A stretch of 64,000 nucleotides of DNA, from IMG/VR virus record IMGVR_UViG_3300050134_000033. The stretch is one strand, 5' to 3'. Positions 31,849 to 44,452 of this stretch are shown here, in pieces; the first letter of the stretch is position 1, and every line of letters begins with the position of its first letter. Origin of the DNA: an uncultured virus (IMG/VR IMGVR_UViG_3300050134_000033). Lineage: Duplodnaviria; Heunggongvirae; Uroviricota; Caudoviricetes. Position numbers and translations under genes: made by a program. The notes below the pieces were generated by a model. The model was not told the origin of the DNA. It worked only from the letters and a program-made list of their open reading frames with translations, and ran no database searches.

Positions 31849-32818
31849 GTCCTATTTTGCCGATCACTTGCATGGGAGCATACATGAAAAAGAAATCAAA
31901 TACCAGAAGATTTCTTAGTTAGCGATCTGGCGATGAGACGGCAGGTGCAACCGGGGATGTTGTCGATCAGATGACCACAGCAGTCGGGGTTGGTGTCTAC
32001 GGCAGCTTCAGGTAGAGGGCCTTCTTCCAACATGGCTTGGAGAGACTCTAGACGGCGGATGGCTTTCTTGAACTCACTCTTGAGATAGCCCGCTCGACCG
32101 AAGCCATCCCCACGAATCTCATCCATGGCTTGCCGCATGTAATGCACGTCAGCCCGAATGCGACCGATCATATCGCTGTACATTATAGCTGGCTCTGCTG
32201 TTTCTGCTGCCAGACCTTGATGAAGGGGATGAGGATGGTCTCGTCGCCGTCGAACTGATCCGAAATCAGCCTCTCGATGTCCGAGTCTTCGTCTGCTAAA
32301 CTGATGGCGACATCGGCAGGATCGGATGGACTCTCGTCATAGCCATTCTCAGCGGCCTGATCGAGTGCCGTGTTTACCAATGCTTGGATTTCGTTGTCCA
32401 TTAGATGCCTGCCTTTCCGCACCTACCGCAAATCATGCCGTTCACGGAGTTAGTTCCGTGAAAATGCCAATGCGGTTTTATTTGACCACTTCCCCAGCCC
32501 AATGCACGGGCAATTTCCGTACCCAACTGGTCCCCCGCACTGGCGTACCAGTGATACCACTCCTTTTGATGACCGAGTATCTGGCAAAGCCAAGCCCAAG
32601 TAGGACCGTCTCGCCATCTCCGTTTATACGGCCATGATCCAGTTCCTATCTTAAGCCTCGGCATTATACTTCCCTCCCAAGCCAGCACTGTACCGTACCG
32701 TCTTTGCGAGGCACCCGCTTGACGATGATGTACTCGGCACCATTGTGCACGACCGAATCCCCAACTGGATGCTCTTCGGGTTTGCAGATGATGGCTAAAA
32801 ATGGATCGACTTCCAGCA

Positions 32819-33094
32819 TCAGAATGTCTTCTTTCCGACCCATGCGATCCATTTCTGGACCTCGGGATGAGCCTTCAATTTCTCAATCGTGTTGTAGTGC
32901 CAGCCCAACACTTTCTCCGTAAAGAACTCGTGTATCTGCTTGTGGCACGGCTTGCACAACGGAGCGGTCTTTTTCAGGAGTTCCTTAGGGAACGCCGCCT
33001 TGACCCGCTTGTTGCCATGAAGGGTGCGGGGAATCAGGTGGTGATCCGTGATATCGTGCCGTTCACGGTCACAGAGTTCACAGACGCCCGTCAT
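32819..33094 (-). CDS. Small HNH protein
   Basis: CELC...HHLIPR...LCKPCHKQIH. Confidence 0.75.
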   Translation of the reverse strand: MTGVCELCDRERHDITDHHLIPRTLHGNKRVKAAFPKELLKKTAPLCKPCHKQIHEFFTEKVLGWHYNTIEKLKAHPEVQKWIAWVGKKTF

Positions 33095-33185
33095 CACGCG
33101 CCCCAATATGGTGCCGTCAAGCCCTCAATCTCGGCTTGCATCAGGCACATCCAGCAGTCCTCACCCACACATGGTACTTGAGGCA

Positions 33186-34127
33186 TTAGTCCTCCGCTCG
33201 CATTGCCATGTCGATCATGGCGACCTTAACAACCGACTCGTCACGCCATTCTTCCCACGCCGGGTGCCCGTCCGCCCGCTCATCGGCCCGCAGGTGCCCA
33301 GCAATCCAGCGACAGGCGAGCCCCAGCCCCCGTGCCAAGATACGGTTGGTCGCACAATCGTCTCTTCCCCAGACTTTGAGATAGAACTTGGTCAAGAACC
33401 GTGAGATAGCCTCACGATCAACTTGATCGGGCAGGTTGGATTCCGCCTGTGCCTTGTCCAGATCGGCAAATAGGATGTCGGTCGCATCCTTGAGGAATGC
33501 CTGATCGTACTTGCCCTCTCGAACGGCAATCAGCAGGCTCTTGTTCGGACGCGGGTAGGTGATCTCACCAGCCTGCATGAGTTCAATCCCCTCGCCGAGG
33601 AGTCGCATCACGTGCATGGCGGCCTTGGTGTCAAAGCCGAACTTCTCCTCAAGCTCGGGACGTTGCCCATGCTTACCCTGCCCACGCTCACCCATGTACC
33701 GCTGGCGCTGAGCCATAGCAAATCCACGGAACTGCTCCGCACATGCCTTGCTCAGGAAGAGGGTCCGCATGTTCCGTACCTCTTGCCATAGATCAGTGGT
33801 AGGTAACGTATTGTCGGCAAAGAGGTATGACAGGCAAGTTGGATTCCCACCCGAGGCGAGCTTCGCCCACTTCCGCAGCGAATAGAAGCAGATGTCCATG
33901 TCGCCGGGAACGTTCCGCTTCGTGTCGCCCGCAGACGACCACACGTAGTGAGGGTAGTCCTTTAGCCCGATGACCATCTCTGGCGGCTCGACGTAAACGC
34001 CGTACCAGTCGTCATCGTGCTTGTTCACAAGTTGCGCCCCATGGAGGTCAGACCCACCCCGGAACAGATGGATGAGGTTGTCCGTGTAGGGGAACTTGTT
34101 CGCCTTGAGTTGTTCAAAGAGGTCCAT
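33186..34127 (-). CDS. Pol-beta superfamily nucleotidyltransferase (RlaP/YcgL-like)
   Basis: GGSDLHG...DDDWYGVY, GNPT, RPELEEKFGFDTKAAMHVMRLL. Confidence 0.82.
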   Translation of the reverse strand: MDLFEQLKANKFPYTDNLIHLFRGGSDLHGAQLVNKHDDDWYGVYVEPPEMVIGLKDYPHYVWSSAGDTKRNVPGDMDICFYSLRKWAKLASGGNPTCLSYLFADNTLPTTDLWQEVRNMRTLFLSKACAEQFRGFAMAQRQRYMGERGQGKHGQRPELEEKFGFDTKAAMHVMRLLGEGIELMQAGEITYPRPNKSLLIAVREGKYDQAFLKDATDILFADLDKAQAESNLPDQVDREAISRFLTKFYLKVWGRDDCATNRILARGLGLACRWIAGHLRADERADGHPAWEEWRDESVVKVAMIDMAMRAED

Positions 34128-36045
34128 TAGTGCGCCTTTTTCCTCGCGAGAACAGTATACCTCGCGGACTCCTTGAATACAAATTTAATTTCGTAGCCCT
34201 CAGCCTCGATGATTTCGAGTTGAGCTTCGACGGGCCTGCCATTGGTTGAGGCCCCGTCCGAAGGCGGTTCATAGAGGGTGAAAGTCTTCCACGCCATGTT
34301 ACTCCTCTTTCTCTTCCTCTTTTTCGATCATGTCCGCCAACAGTTCAATCACCTGATCGTCGTCGCAGTCGTGTCCGTCAGGCTGCGGCAACTCGATGAT
34401 GTCTTGGAGGGCTCTCTTGAGTACGGCTAGGCACCCCTTTGTCATGCGGCCTACGGTAATAGACATTAGTCCTTCGGGAAGAGCCAGCTTAGTGAGCGTC
34501 TCCAACTGCAATTTGGTAGGCTTCGAGGTGTTAGGAAACATCAGGCTCCCCCGCTTCGTTGATCCTCGCGGCTTCTTCCTGTTTCTTTTTCTCTTCTCGC
34601 TGGTGGTCGTGCTCGCCGATTTCCGCGACCTTCTGCCCCAGATAGGCGAACAACGCCTTTGAGAACTCAGGACCGCTGAACTCGTCCTGCACTTCGATCT
34701 TGCCATCGGTGCCGAACTTCACCGAATATTCACCGAAGCCATAATTCTTGACGCCCCAGCGAATCAGGAAGCCGAAATGCCCCGGCATGATGTCCTTCTG
34801 CTCGCTGCCGTCCATCCGCACGAACGTCTCTGGCGACATGTACCAACTACCTACGATGTCGGCGTAGACAAACTCAAAACCCTCGCGTTTCTTTCTGGTT
34901 TCGCCTCCCTTGGGAACATCGGGAAAGCACTCGTCGGTTGCTTTTGCGGGCCAATCCACACCACCACGTTCTTCGTTTTCCATGACTACCTCAGCCAGTT
35001 CGAGTTGACCCCGAGGACGCTCTTCTCTTTCGCCAGTTCAACTGCGCCACGGATAATGGCGGGCGAAACGAAGAACACGATCATCTTGAGGGTCTCGCCC
35101 ATGTTCTCGATGTCTTCCTGCGAAATGACCAACCTGCTGTGCAGGCCGATGTCTTGCGGGAACGAGCGTTTGACCTGTTGATATTTGTGGGACTGCGTGA
35201 GTTCGAGCAGCACTTCGGGAGTCATCTCCCGAACGTCGGTGTACGGTTCTACGAGTTCCATCAGAGCTTCCTTCCCAGAGCCGATTCCGCCTGCTCGACG
35301 AGACGGTCGGTCTGATACCTGTCGAGCGTGTTGATTGCTCGGCTCGCGCCCCGGATAGCGTCTTCGCATTGAGCCAACAGATGGCGAACGCGATGGCACT
35401 CGCGGCAGGTGCACCCTTCTCCGTGTCCGAAGTTCATTTCCGTCCCTCCAGTGTCAGTACGCAGTCGAACACCAGTACGTCCACTAAGTCATCGTCGGCG
35501 GGTATTTGAAGTGCCGCCGACTTCGGCCTAATTTGTGTCAGGCGCATTTGCTCTGGCGTAACTTCGTACTTCTTGCCCTCGTCCGTCTCAAAGATGACTT
35601 TCACAGTCTAAACCCACATGGGAAGTTAACCAGCGGCCTGCACATTCTCTCTTCCTTCGCTGGAATGGTGAGCGTCGTTTGACCCGGGTACACCAGCCGC
35701 AGTTTGAATTCCTGCGGCGTCGTTTCGATCTCTTCGCCGTCATCCGTTATGAAGGTGACTTTCACAAATTTCATATCGGTATTCCGAGCGCGGCCTCGCG
35801 GTCTTTCAACAGATGGGTGAGGCGGTCGGACTTCTGCTGCTTCATCGCTTCCAGTTCGTGGTGAAGCCCACAAACCTTGGATTCCAGCGCACAGATGTAG
35901 TTGTGGGCGTCGGCGGCATCCTGCTTCGACAGCGTTTTCGTGCCCTCCGCGTAATCCCCAAGGGCGTTGATAAGCTCTCGCGCTCCGGGCGGACGCTGAT
36001 CCATGTTCTTCTCACGGGGCGTGAATCGAATTTCGAAATCGGTCA

Positions 36046-36972
36046 TCATAGCTCGTCGTCGATAATCCCTTTCTTGATGTCCGCTAACTTCTTGGTGTAG
36101 GTCGGTAGGTCGTGCTCAAGTACGGTCTCTTTGTCGTACTTGCCTTCGAGTGTTCGCTTGGTCAAAGAGAGCAGACTCTCGTAGTGTAGCACAAGTTCGC
36201 TGATGACGTTTTGGGCCTTCTGAATATTGGTCGGACGAACCGTCCTGTCGCTGATCTTCTCGACGGGGTTGTCACCCAAATCCTGAATGAAGCCCTCCGC
36301 ACTACCGATTGATCGACGCTGCCACGCGGCAAGATTCTTGCCCAGCGGCATCTTCTCGGGGAACATGGTGTAGTAGAGGGTCAGCCGCATGTAGTTCATG
36401 TGCGACAGGAGTTCGGTCGTGGTTTTCTCGAAATCACGGTCGCGGCCCAGCTTCTCGTAGAACGAATCAACCAAGAAGTGGGGAATGATATGGCCGTTTG
36501 ACCAGTCATTGCGGGTCGTGCTGATCGGCAGGTAAGCGAATTCAATCTCTTCGCCATTGCTGAGTTGGAACGAATATCGCCCCGTATCGGACTGGCGGCG
36601 GATGTCCTTCACGAAGACTTTGCCGGGTTTCTTGCTGAGAACCATCTTGGGCTCACCGTCCCCCGACTTGGGGACAGCGACGATTCGCCAGTTCTCGTAC
36701 TCGTAGTCGATACGCATCCTGAGCAACCGCTCGGCAGCCTCGGCATCACCATCGGAGGCAAGGCGGTAGAGTTCCTTCTGCTGGGCGATCTCAGCCTTAG
36801 TCGCACCCCAATAGTCGCAGGTGTAGACCACCCACTCTTTCTTGAGGTACTTGAACAGTTCGAGGAACGCCTTCGCCCGCAGTTCGGGCGTGCTGATGTC
36901 CCACTTCATATCGGGCTGTTTGCGGTTTCCGTAAACCAGCGTGTTGCCCGCGAGTTTCGCTTTAGCTGTCAT
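36046..36972 (-). CDS. Hypothetical protein
   Basis: 308-aa ORF translationally coupled to its neighbours. Confidence 0.7.
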   Translation of the reverse strand: MTAKAKLAGNTLVYGNRKQPDMKWDISTPELRAKAFLELFKYLKKEWVVYTCDYWGATKAEIAQQKELYRLASDGDAEAAERLLRMRIDYEYENWRIVAVPKSGDGEPKMVLSKKPGKVFVKDIRRQSDTGRYSFQLSNGEEIEFAYLPISTTRNDWSNGHIIPHFLVDSFYEKLGRDRDFEKTTTELLSHMNYMRLTLYYTMFPEKMPLGKNLAAWQRRSIGSAEGFIQDLGDNPVEKISDRTVRPTNIQKAQNVISELVLHYESLLSLTKRTLEGKYDKETVLEHDLPTYTKKLADIKKGIIDDEL

Positions 36973-38186
36973 CGGTAGACCTCTCCTGTGAAACGGTCGA
37001 TTTCTGGAACGTCGTTGAAGGCCATCATCAGCTTGGTTTTCTTGTACAGACGAAGCTTTTTTGCAAGTCCTCGGAACGTCTTGATCGCGACATCCACGTG
37101 GAAGACCAGCGTCTTTTCCTTGCCCTTGGCGTCGTACTGAGTAAGGAACACCATCGGCGCTTCCTTGGAGCCAAGCGCCTGCATGTTGAGGAAGTCCACC
37201 CGCAGCTTGTCCAAATCGGGGTGGTTCTCCGCGAAGGTCTTTTTACGCCGTGGCATCGGGGAGTCCTCCTACGAGATCGTTCATCGTCCAGCTTCCGTGC
37301 AGGGTTTCAGTCCGCAGCTTGCCGCAGACCTTGCAGACCTGCAAAACTTGCGTGACAGGTTCGGGCTTGGTCTGTCGGCTGTCAAATCCCCACATAGCCC
37401 CTACAACGGGCGAGACCTGCGCCAGCATTGGCTGCACATTCCTGATCTCCTACTTGCAAGTGAGGAAATGATCGATCCATGCGAAGAATGATCTCATGCT
37501 GCCGCCGCCGAAGCTTCCTCCGTCACATCCAGTATGGCGACTTCTTCCCACATGGGGAGCCAGTAACGGATGGTGACGGGCATGAATTGAGTGGGGTCAA
37601 CCGCGATGGACTGCACGATGCCTCGGTTGTGGTGCATGACGGAGATACACGCCGCCACGCAATTGAGGGTCATGTTCTCGACCATCGGAAGGTAACCCGT
37701 AATTTTTTCCTTCTTGATCCGTGTAATCATTATGTTTGCTCGTTGTCGTGCCCGCACTTGGGGCAGAAATGATTTCCTGCTGACAATAGTGTATCACATT
37801 CGTCGCAGAATTCATCACGATTAAAAGCATTTCCCCGCATCGTTCGCAGGAACTCCGCGACCTGATCGTCAGTCAACAGGTTGAAAAGGTATTGTACGGC
37901 CTCGTCGGTGCCGAACATGGCGAGAACGTGGTCATCGTCGCCGACCCACGCCTTCCGCATCACCGTCATCTTCGCTGGTTCTACCAGTTTCGGTGCCATA
38001 GTTATTCCTTGTCCGTGTAGCTCAGCCAGATTCGCCGCTCGTCCTCGGCGGTCGCGAACTGTTCGCGGATGATCTTGGAGCAGACGATTAGCTCCATCAT
38101 CTCCGCGTCCCAACGAACTGACTTGCGGATGTGTTCAAACACCCGCAAGCAGGTCTTGACCGCTCGATCTCCCATGATGTTCGCCA

Positions 38187-38540
38187 CTACTGTCCTTGCT
38201 GATTCCAGACACGAACAGCCTTCTCGGCCGTCGCGTGTTCCTTGCGGTACACACGTGCCACGTCGCCAAGTGGCGTCGGCGGCGGGAGGCTAGGACCAAA
38301 CTCCCACATGGGGCGCTCACCCTGAGCATACGTGATGTTGTTATTACCGAGCAAGCTAACCTCAGGCCGTGAAGTGCCTTGGTCGGCGTGCATCGGGTGA
38401 TCGGGCACCGAGTACGTCGGACCCGTAGGAGCCTGAATGCCTCCCCCGCCGCCAGCGATAGACTGAGCGTGACCCAGACTGGCGAACAGGAAGATGATCG
38501 TCAGAATGCAAAACACCCCTGTGATAATGCATGATTTCAT
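38187..38540 (-). CDS. Secreted protein (Acidobacteriota-like)
   Basis: Signal peptide; DHPMHA...YAQGERPMWEF...PLGDVAR.YRKEH. Confidence 0.6.
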   Translation of the reverse strand: MKSCIITGVFCILTIIFLFASLGHAQSIAGGGGGIQAPTGPTYSVPDHPMHADQGTSRPEVSLLGNNNITYAQGERPMWEFGPSLPPPTPLGDVARVYRKEHATAEKAVRVWNQQGQ

Positions 38541-38549
38541 ACTGCCTCC

Positions 38550-39149
38550 TTATTCCCAATAGTTGCGATAGTCCGCACCGAATTTTTCGTTCAACTTCTT
38601 CAAGTACGCATACGTCTTGATCTTCACCATGAAGTCGTTGCCCTTAGCGATTACGCCCTCATTCACCGGGTACAGCCCCATGCGAACATCTTCGATGAAC
38701 TGGCGGTTCAGATTGCCTCGGTAGACCACCTGAGCCGCGTAAGGCAGGTCGCCGAACGTATCGACGAACAGCTTGGGTGACATGATGCCTCGCTTGAACA
38801 GGTTGACATCGAACAGCCGAAGCTCTTTCGGTTCCTTCTCGTCATGCAAGCCCGCGAAGCTGCTCGGCCCGAGGAACTCGGTGAACACGTTGATGCGTTG
38901 GACGCCACGTTCAACCTTCTTGCATCGCTTCACAATCTCGTCCGCCATCGTGTCCATGAAGATTGGAATCGCCTGCCCGAACAGCGGGTGAGTCGCATTG
39001 AACATCTCGTGCCGGGTGCCGAACTTGTGCCAGCCCTGCTTCGGCGACCACTCCCAGCGCAGGTTGCTTCCATCGTACTTGTAGAAAGCGATGCACGGGA
39101 CTCCCAGAGGAGCCTTAGCGGGGCCTTCGATATGTGGGTATTGTTTCAT
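38550..39149 (-). CDS. RNA ligase-like nucleotidyltransferase
   Basis: Motif I YKYDGSN, FTEF, LFDV, EGVI and VKIK. Confidence 0.7.
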   Translation of the reverse strand: MKQYPHIEGPAKAPLGVPCIAFYKYDGSNLRWEWSPKQGWHKFGTRHEMFNATHPLFGQAIPIFMDTMADEIVKRCKKVERGVQRINVFTEFLGPSSFAGLHDEKEPKELRLFDVNLFKRGIMSPKLFVDTFGDLPYAAQVVYRGNLNRQFIEDVRMGLYPVNEGVIAKGNDFMVKIKTYAYLKKLNEKFGADYRNYWE

Positions 39150-41061
39150 TTGCCTCGATAGAACTTGCTTCGCACCGCACCAGTCCAGTCAGTCACTTCT
39201 GGAATGTCCGTGGTGTCGATACCCTCTTCGACCATGATCTCAGCCGTCCGTGGCACGTTCACAAAGATCGGGTCCATACCCGCAATCTGCGTGAAAAACT
39301 TTTCGACATGAATCATGTGCTCCGCGAGGCGGCGTTCCTGCTCTTCTGGTGGGAGGACGCTGATGTCTGCCCGACGTAGGAAGGCTGCCCTGATACTATC
39401 CGCAGGGTGGAGTTTGTGTATCTGCTCCAGAGCCGCATCCCGCTTCTCAAGTTGCTTGAGAGTCGCCATAGTTTGGGCGATGCGTGTGGCTGCCTGCTTG
39501 GGCCGCGACTTCGATACTGAACGACGGTTACGTTTTGTGACGCCGTGATTCTTTGCCATTATCCCCTCGACGGGTAGAAAACCATACCCTGCTTGCACTC
39601 GGTGCAGGTTGCGTGAGCAAACGGCCCGTCGCGTTGGTCGTCGGTCACGTTGAGTTCGCCACGTTGAGCTTCGAACTTTGACTTGCAGTTCGTGCAGGTC
39701 GCCGACCAGATTTCGGTCTTCGGGTCTTTTCCCTTCTTAACGAGTCGCATTGGTTCCCCCCGACCCCGATTGTACCACAATGGGGTGCTTACGTTCGGCG
39801 GCTGCCATCTGTTTGAACAGCTTGGCTTCGGCTTTCGCACTGAACGGCTCAGGCGTCTCGCCACGTCCAATCAAGATGTAATGGATGATGCGTTTGAGGA
39901 ATGGGCTCTCCTCAACCTGCCGCTGGTTTTTCAAGATCATTTGCAGGTGATCGCTGTCGCAATCAATCAGCTTTTTGAAACGAAGCTGGTGCTCAGGACA
40001 GCGGCCCGCGCAGTGTTCAACGCCGCCCTTGCCGAAGGTGCCCCACTTGGCCGTCCGCACGTAGGTTTCAAAACTGTATACGTTTCCGCTCATTTTCGTA
40101 TCTCACCCTTCTTGATGACTTCGAGACCGTCCTCGGTGATCGCGTACTCCATGTTTCGCCACGCCATCTCGGGATCGCCTACGGGCTTCAACCAGTCCCA
40201 CGAAACGAACTTGCCCAGAGTACCGTGGTTCATGACCAATGTAGGCGTGCAGCCCACCGCGAGTCTCCGACCATTCATGGACGGTGACTCCGGGAAGAGC
40301 CAGCTTAGTGAGCGTCTCCAATTGCTTCGCTGTTGGCTTCGGTCCCATCAGTACCGATCCTCCTCGTACTCGTTGGCGTAGAGGCGAGGATTGCCGAATA
40401 TGTCCATGTGCGAACGGAACTGTTTGATGAACGGAGCGGAGTTCCCGCTGTAGCGAGCGAACTTGGATTTCTGAATGACGCCCATGAGAACGGGGCACGG
40501 ATAACCGCTGCTCACGTTCGTCATGCGAACCATCAGAGCGCCAGTGAGCGGTAAGGGTTCAATCTCTTCGGCGGCAGCAACTTCGGCCCACTCACGAGTC
40601 TTGATGCGAAGATCGAGGTTGCCGTAGCCGTCAGCGTCCAGACCAGCCAGAGCCATCGAGCCTTGAAGCTCTGCGAGGCGGCTGAGGTATTTGTTGGAGT
40701 AACGATAGGCGTTTTGAACGATCTCGTCGCCCGTAATCGTGCGAGGCGTGTTGAGGATGGCGAACAGCTTGCCAGCGAATCGCAGGAACTCCCTGTCGGA
40801 GACACCAGCCCACCACGCATCGCCCGTCTGTGTGCTCGGGATGTCGCGTGAGGCCGCGTGCCATTGCGTGTACGCACGGTCCACGTAGATGTCGAAATGT
40901 TGATCGACCGCCGAGTCCATCTTGGCGGGATAGTCCGTCATCTTGAGGACCATGTTCTGGAGGCTGTACTTTTTGTCGCCGTAGAGTTGCATACTCGAAA
41001 ATGGAGTAAGCTCCATATCGAATTCGTGGACGGTGGATGAGGTTTTCTTCGCCATACCCCC

Positions 41062-41093
41062 ATTCTACCGTAAAAGTTCGGGTTTTGGCTAGG
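41062..41093 (-). promoter_or_regulatory. Recurrent phage promoter
   Basis: CCTAGC-N20-TAGAAT-N6-ATG. Confidence 0.75.
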
Positions 41094-41324
41094 TTTTAAC
41101 GTTGTGGAATCAACGGGTTAGCCGACCATGGCGTCGATGATCTGATCTTTTTGGATAATCAGGATAACGCGGAGTGGGTCGTAGTCAGGTTTGTAAGGGG
41201 TTTGGAATTGAATCACGCGGACATCGTACCCGTGATCCGTGATGTCGCGGCGGGCTGCTTCCATGGACATCCCAATGTAGACCTTGGGATCGTCAATACG
41301 AATGATAGGCATTGAACCCTCCCT

Positions 41325-41627
41325 CTATGAGAGGATTCCGTATTCGTGCAGTAATTCAACAAGTACGTCGCCGTGGCAGGAGAGAGGCTTGCACCAGCAA
41401 CCTAAAATTTTGTCCTTTAACTCGGGCAGCCGAGCGAGAAGTTGCGGCTGGTTCACAATCCACCCTCGGTATTTCCTCAAAACTTCTTTGCGATTTCCAT
41501 CAGGGCCGACATGGAAAGGATTTCCCCAGCCCTCATCTTTGAACTCAAGGTAGTCGCGTCCGATGTAGACGCAATTAGGTGCAAATTGGACGAAAGGAAA
41601 TTTGCGGACATGTACAACTTGGGTCAC
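41325..41627 (-). CDS. DUF4326 family protein
   Basis: VYIGR...WGNPF...LGCWCKP..CHGDVL. Confidence 0.85.
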   Translation of the reverse strand: MTQVVHVRKFPFVQFAPNCVYIGRDYLEFKDEGWGNPFHVGPDGNRKEVLRKYRGWIVNQPQLLARLPELKDKILGCWCKPLSCHGDVLVELLHEYGILS

Positions 41628-43783
41628 AACTTGGCTAACTTTTCGAGGTCGGCAACCTCGCACATCTCACGAGTGGGGATACGGAATCCACCCGGCGTGT
41701 CGATGGTGCCGTCCGCATTCGGTTCGATGCCGAACTTCTTCCAGTATGCGGCGTCGGGGAACGGAATCCAGTGAGCCATCATCTCGCGGATGATGCTGGT
41801 ATCCATCTGGGGCTTCTGTTCGTCGCTCATGAACGCTTTAACTGGAGCCCGACCGTCGCCATCTCGACGTAATTCTTGTCGGTCAGCCGACCCTCTTCTG
41901 CCCGGGCGGTGAGAGCCGCACGGCGGTACATGCTTTGGGCATTCTTGTACTCGATGCCCGAGTTGATTTCAGCCTTCCGCTTCTGCCACGCGGCAAAGCC
42001 TGTGTGATTCCGAGTGTTGTCTTCTTTCTTAGCCATGAGGCTCCTTATTCAATTGGGACGCTGGCGTGGAATAAAACGGCCAACACCATCAGCACTGCAT
42101 AGATTATGGTGAACGTTGCAAACAGCCACACCAGCCCGCCCACGAAGAACGATGCCGTCCAGCCGAGGACTGGGTGGTTGTGCATGAAGTTGCGGTACGA
42201 TTCGGATTCTCGATGGATCAAAGCCCCAACACCAGTGATGAATCCTGCTACGAACAGCATCACGAGAAAAAACAGAAAATCGATCATTGCCAATTCCCCC
42301 TACCCATCATTGCCAAAGGCGTTTCACTTGCCGCACTTGCAGTTGCAGCTTCCGCCGCCGTTCAAGCAAATGACCGCAAGAAGGGCGATGACCAACCATT
42401 CGAAATCGTGGTTGCTGAGATTGGGCAGGTTGAGTTGAATCCCGCCGAACCAGTGGGCCGAGGCTCGAATGCCGTAGTACAACAGGACGCCGACGACGAT
42501 AAACACGCCTGTCGTTATGATCCTGCGGATGGTTTTTTCAAAGCCGCTTTCGTAGCTCATGACAACCTCTTGACGAGAGTCTTCTCGCGTTCGGTCAACT
42601 CTCGGTTCAGAATCCGTTTCACTGCCTTGTCCAGACCAAAATATTCCACTCGGCCGTGGCGGGCGTCTTCCGAAGCATTCAGTATCCTGCGGATACTTTC
42701 CTCATTCGGGTGCTCCCGAAGTTCGTTGAGCAACCGCATCACTCTGTCCTGCGGCTTGCGTGCTACTTGGGCTTTTACCATTGAAACTCCTCATATTGCC
42801 CTCCAAAAGTCCCACGAATGCTTCATGCGGTGACGGTTCGGGAGGGTGGTCAATCTCCACACGTAATTGCGGAGACCGAAGAAACGATTTGGAACCAACC
42901 GATGCACCTGATCCAGCCTTAGCGGGATAGATGGCACGTGGTTGTCTTTCAGGAACTTTTCTTGGACGCCCCAATCCACATATATTTCGCGGATGTACTC
43001 TAACCTGCCGCGATAGGGCTCGGGAATCTCGGGACCCGGAATCCCGTTTTCGTAGAGGATTGTGCGGAACAAACTGCACGCTCCCCAAAAGCTGTGGTAG
43101 CTGTTGTGGTCGAACGAACCGTCTGGGTGTTGTGCTTGAATGTCTTCCAGCAGGTAGGGGATTGCCCGCATCCCAAGCTGATTCTTGATGTACTGGTAGC
43201 TAGGGTGGTCGGTCTTCGTCATGCTCAGGACAGCGGTGTCGTCCGTGTACTGATCCATGTGGGCGTTGTACAACTCCCGAGTGGTCAACTGATATGGTTT
43301 CTTCGGCTCGTCCGTGACGTTCCCCCAAAACCTTCCGTATTTTTCAAGCCATTCTGCGCTCGGGTCCATTTACTTCTCCATCCACGATCAGTATATCATA
43401 CCTGCTGGTAATCTTTGTCAGGCCAAGGCTTTCCGCAAGTCTTACAGCCCCGGCGTGACGGCTGTGCCAATGCCACATCCTCAGCTTTCACGATGTGCCA
43501 CGTCTGGATGCGGGCGGTCTCCTCGGTTTTGAACTCTTCCATGATGCACGAGCGGGCGATGCCGAGGTTGGCATTCTTGGTGATGAACCGATGCGGCACT
43601 TCGATGTCCACCGTCATCGTGACGCGGATTACTTTGCTCGGCCCGACGATCTTGGGCTGTTCATCGGTCAGGTAGCAGCGGTAGGGATCGAGCCCCACGT
43701 AGTGCTTCCACAACGCCATGAACCACTTCGGCACTTTTATTTCACCAATCATTATAGGATAATACCACGTGGCGGGGGAAAAG

Positions 43784-43877
43784 TGGTAGAGGGTACGGGA
43801 ATCGAACCCGTCCGAGTACGGTAATCAGCCGCGATTGCAGGTTTATAAGGCCCACCCGCACACCAATGCTACCCTCT
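43784..43877 (-). tRNA. Atypical tRNA-Ile(UAU) with a short D arm and long variable region
   Basis: Acceptor AGAGGGT/ACCCTCT-A-CCA; GTGGGC-CT TAT AA-ACCTGC. Confidence 0.8.
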
Positions 43878-43881
43878 AAAC

Positions 43882-43959
43882 TGGTGCCCGGGAGGAGACT
43901 CGAACTCCCAAAAATTCCCGTTTTAAGTGGGAAATGTCTGCCAGTTGCATCACCCGGGC
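43882..43959 (-). tRNA. tRNA-Leu(UAA) without the long variable arm
   Basis: TCCCA-CT TAA AA-CGGGA; Leu-like D arm; A73. Confidence 0.88.
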
Positions 43960-44358
43960 AAAATCCAATGAATCACGAAGTAGGCTACCAGCAAAAGTCC
44001 GCTGATAATCAGGATGCGGTGACGATACAACCGCAACCGAAGCGACTTGCTCGGTCGCCGTGTGGCGTACCTCAGAGCTTCTCGCTTCTCGTATGCCGCG
44101 TACTTGCGGTACTCCTCTTCGCTCTCCGCTGCTGTTGACGGCGGACACACACTGCAAAATATCTTCGAGTACGGAACAAACTTCCCCGTGCTCTCGTGTG
44201 TCTCCCAATCAACATGGATATGTGCTGTGGCGTCTTCGACGCATGGTTCGTAAGGCTTCATACCCTTATGATACTGCAATATTTGATCTTCTGCTTCTCA
44301 TATCCCTTGCGGGTCACGAGGCCAAACATCGGCACACATTAGGCACGTGAGTCAAATC

Positions 44359-44452
44359 TGGCGGTGAGCGGCAGAGTTGAACTGCCAATGCCCCATCTCT
44401 GAAGCATAGCCGTTTTCAAGACGGTCGGACTTGCCCATGTACCAAGCTCACC
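44359..44452 (-). tRNA. tRNA-Ser(UGA)
   Basis: CCGT-CT TGA AA-ACGG; long V arm; G73. Confidence 0.9.
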
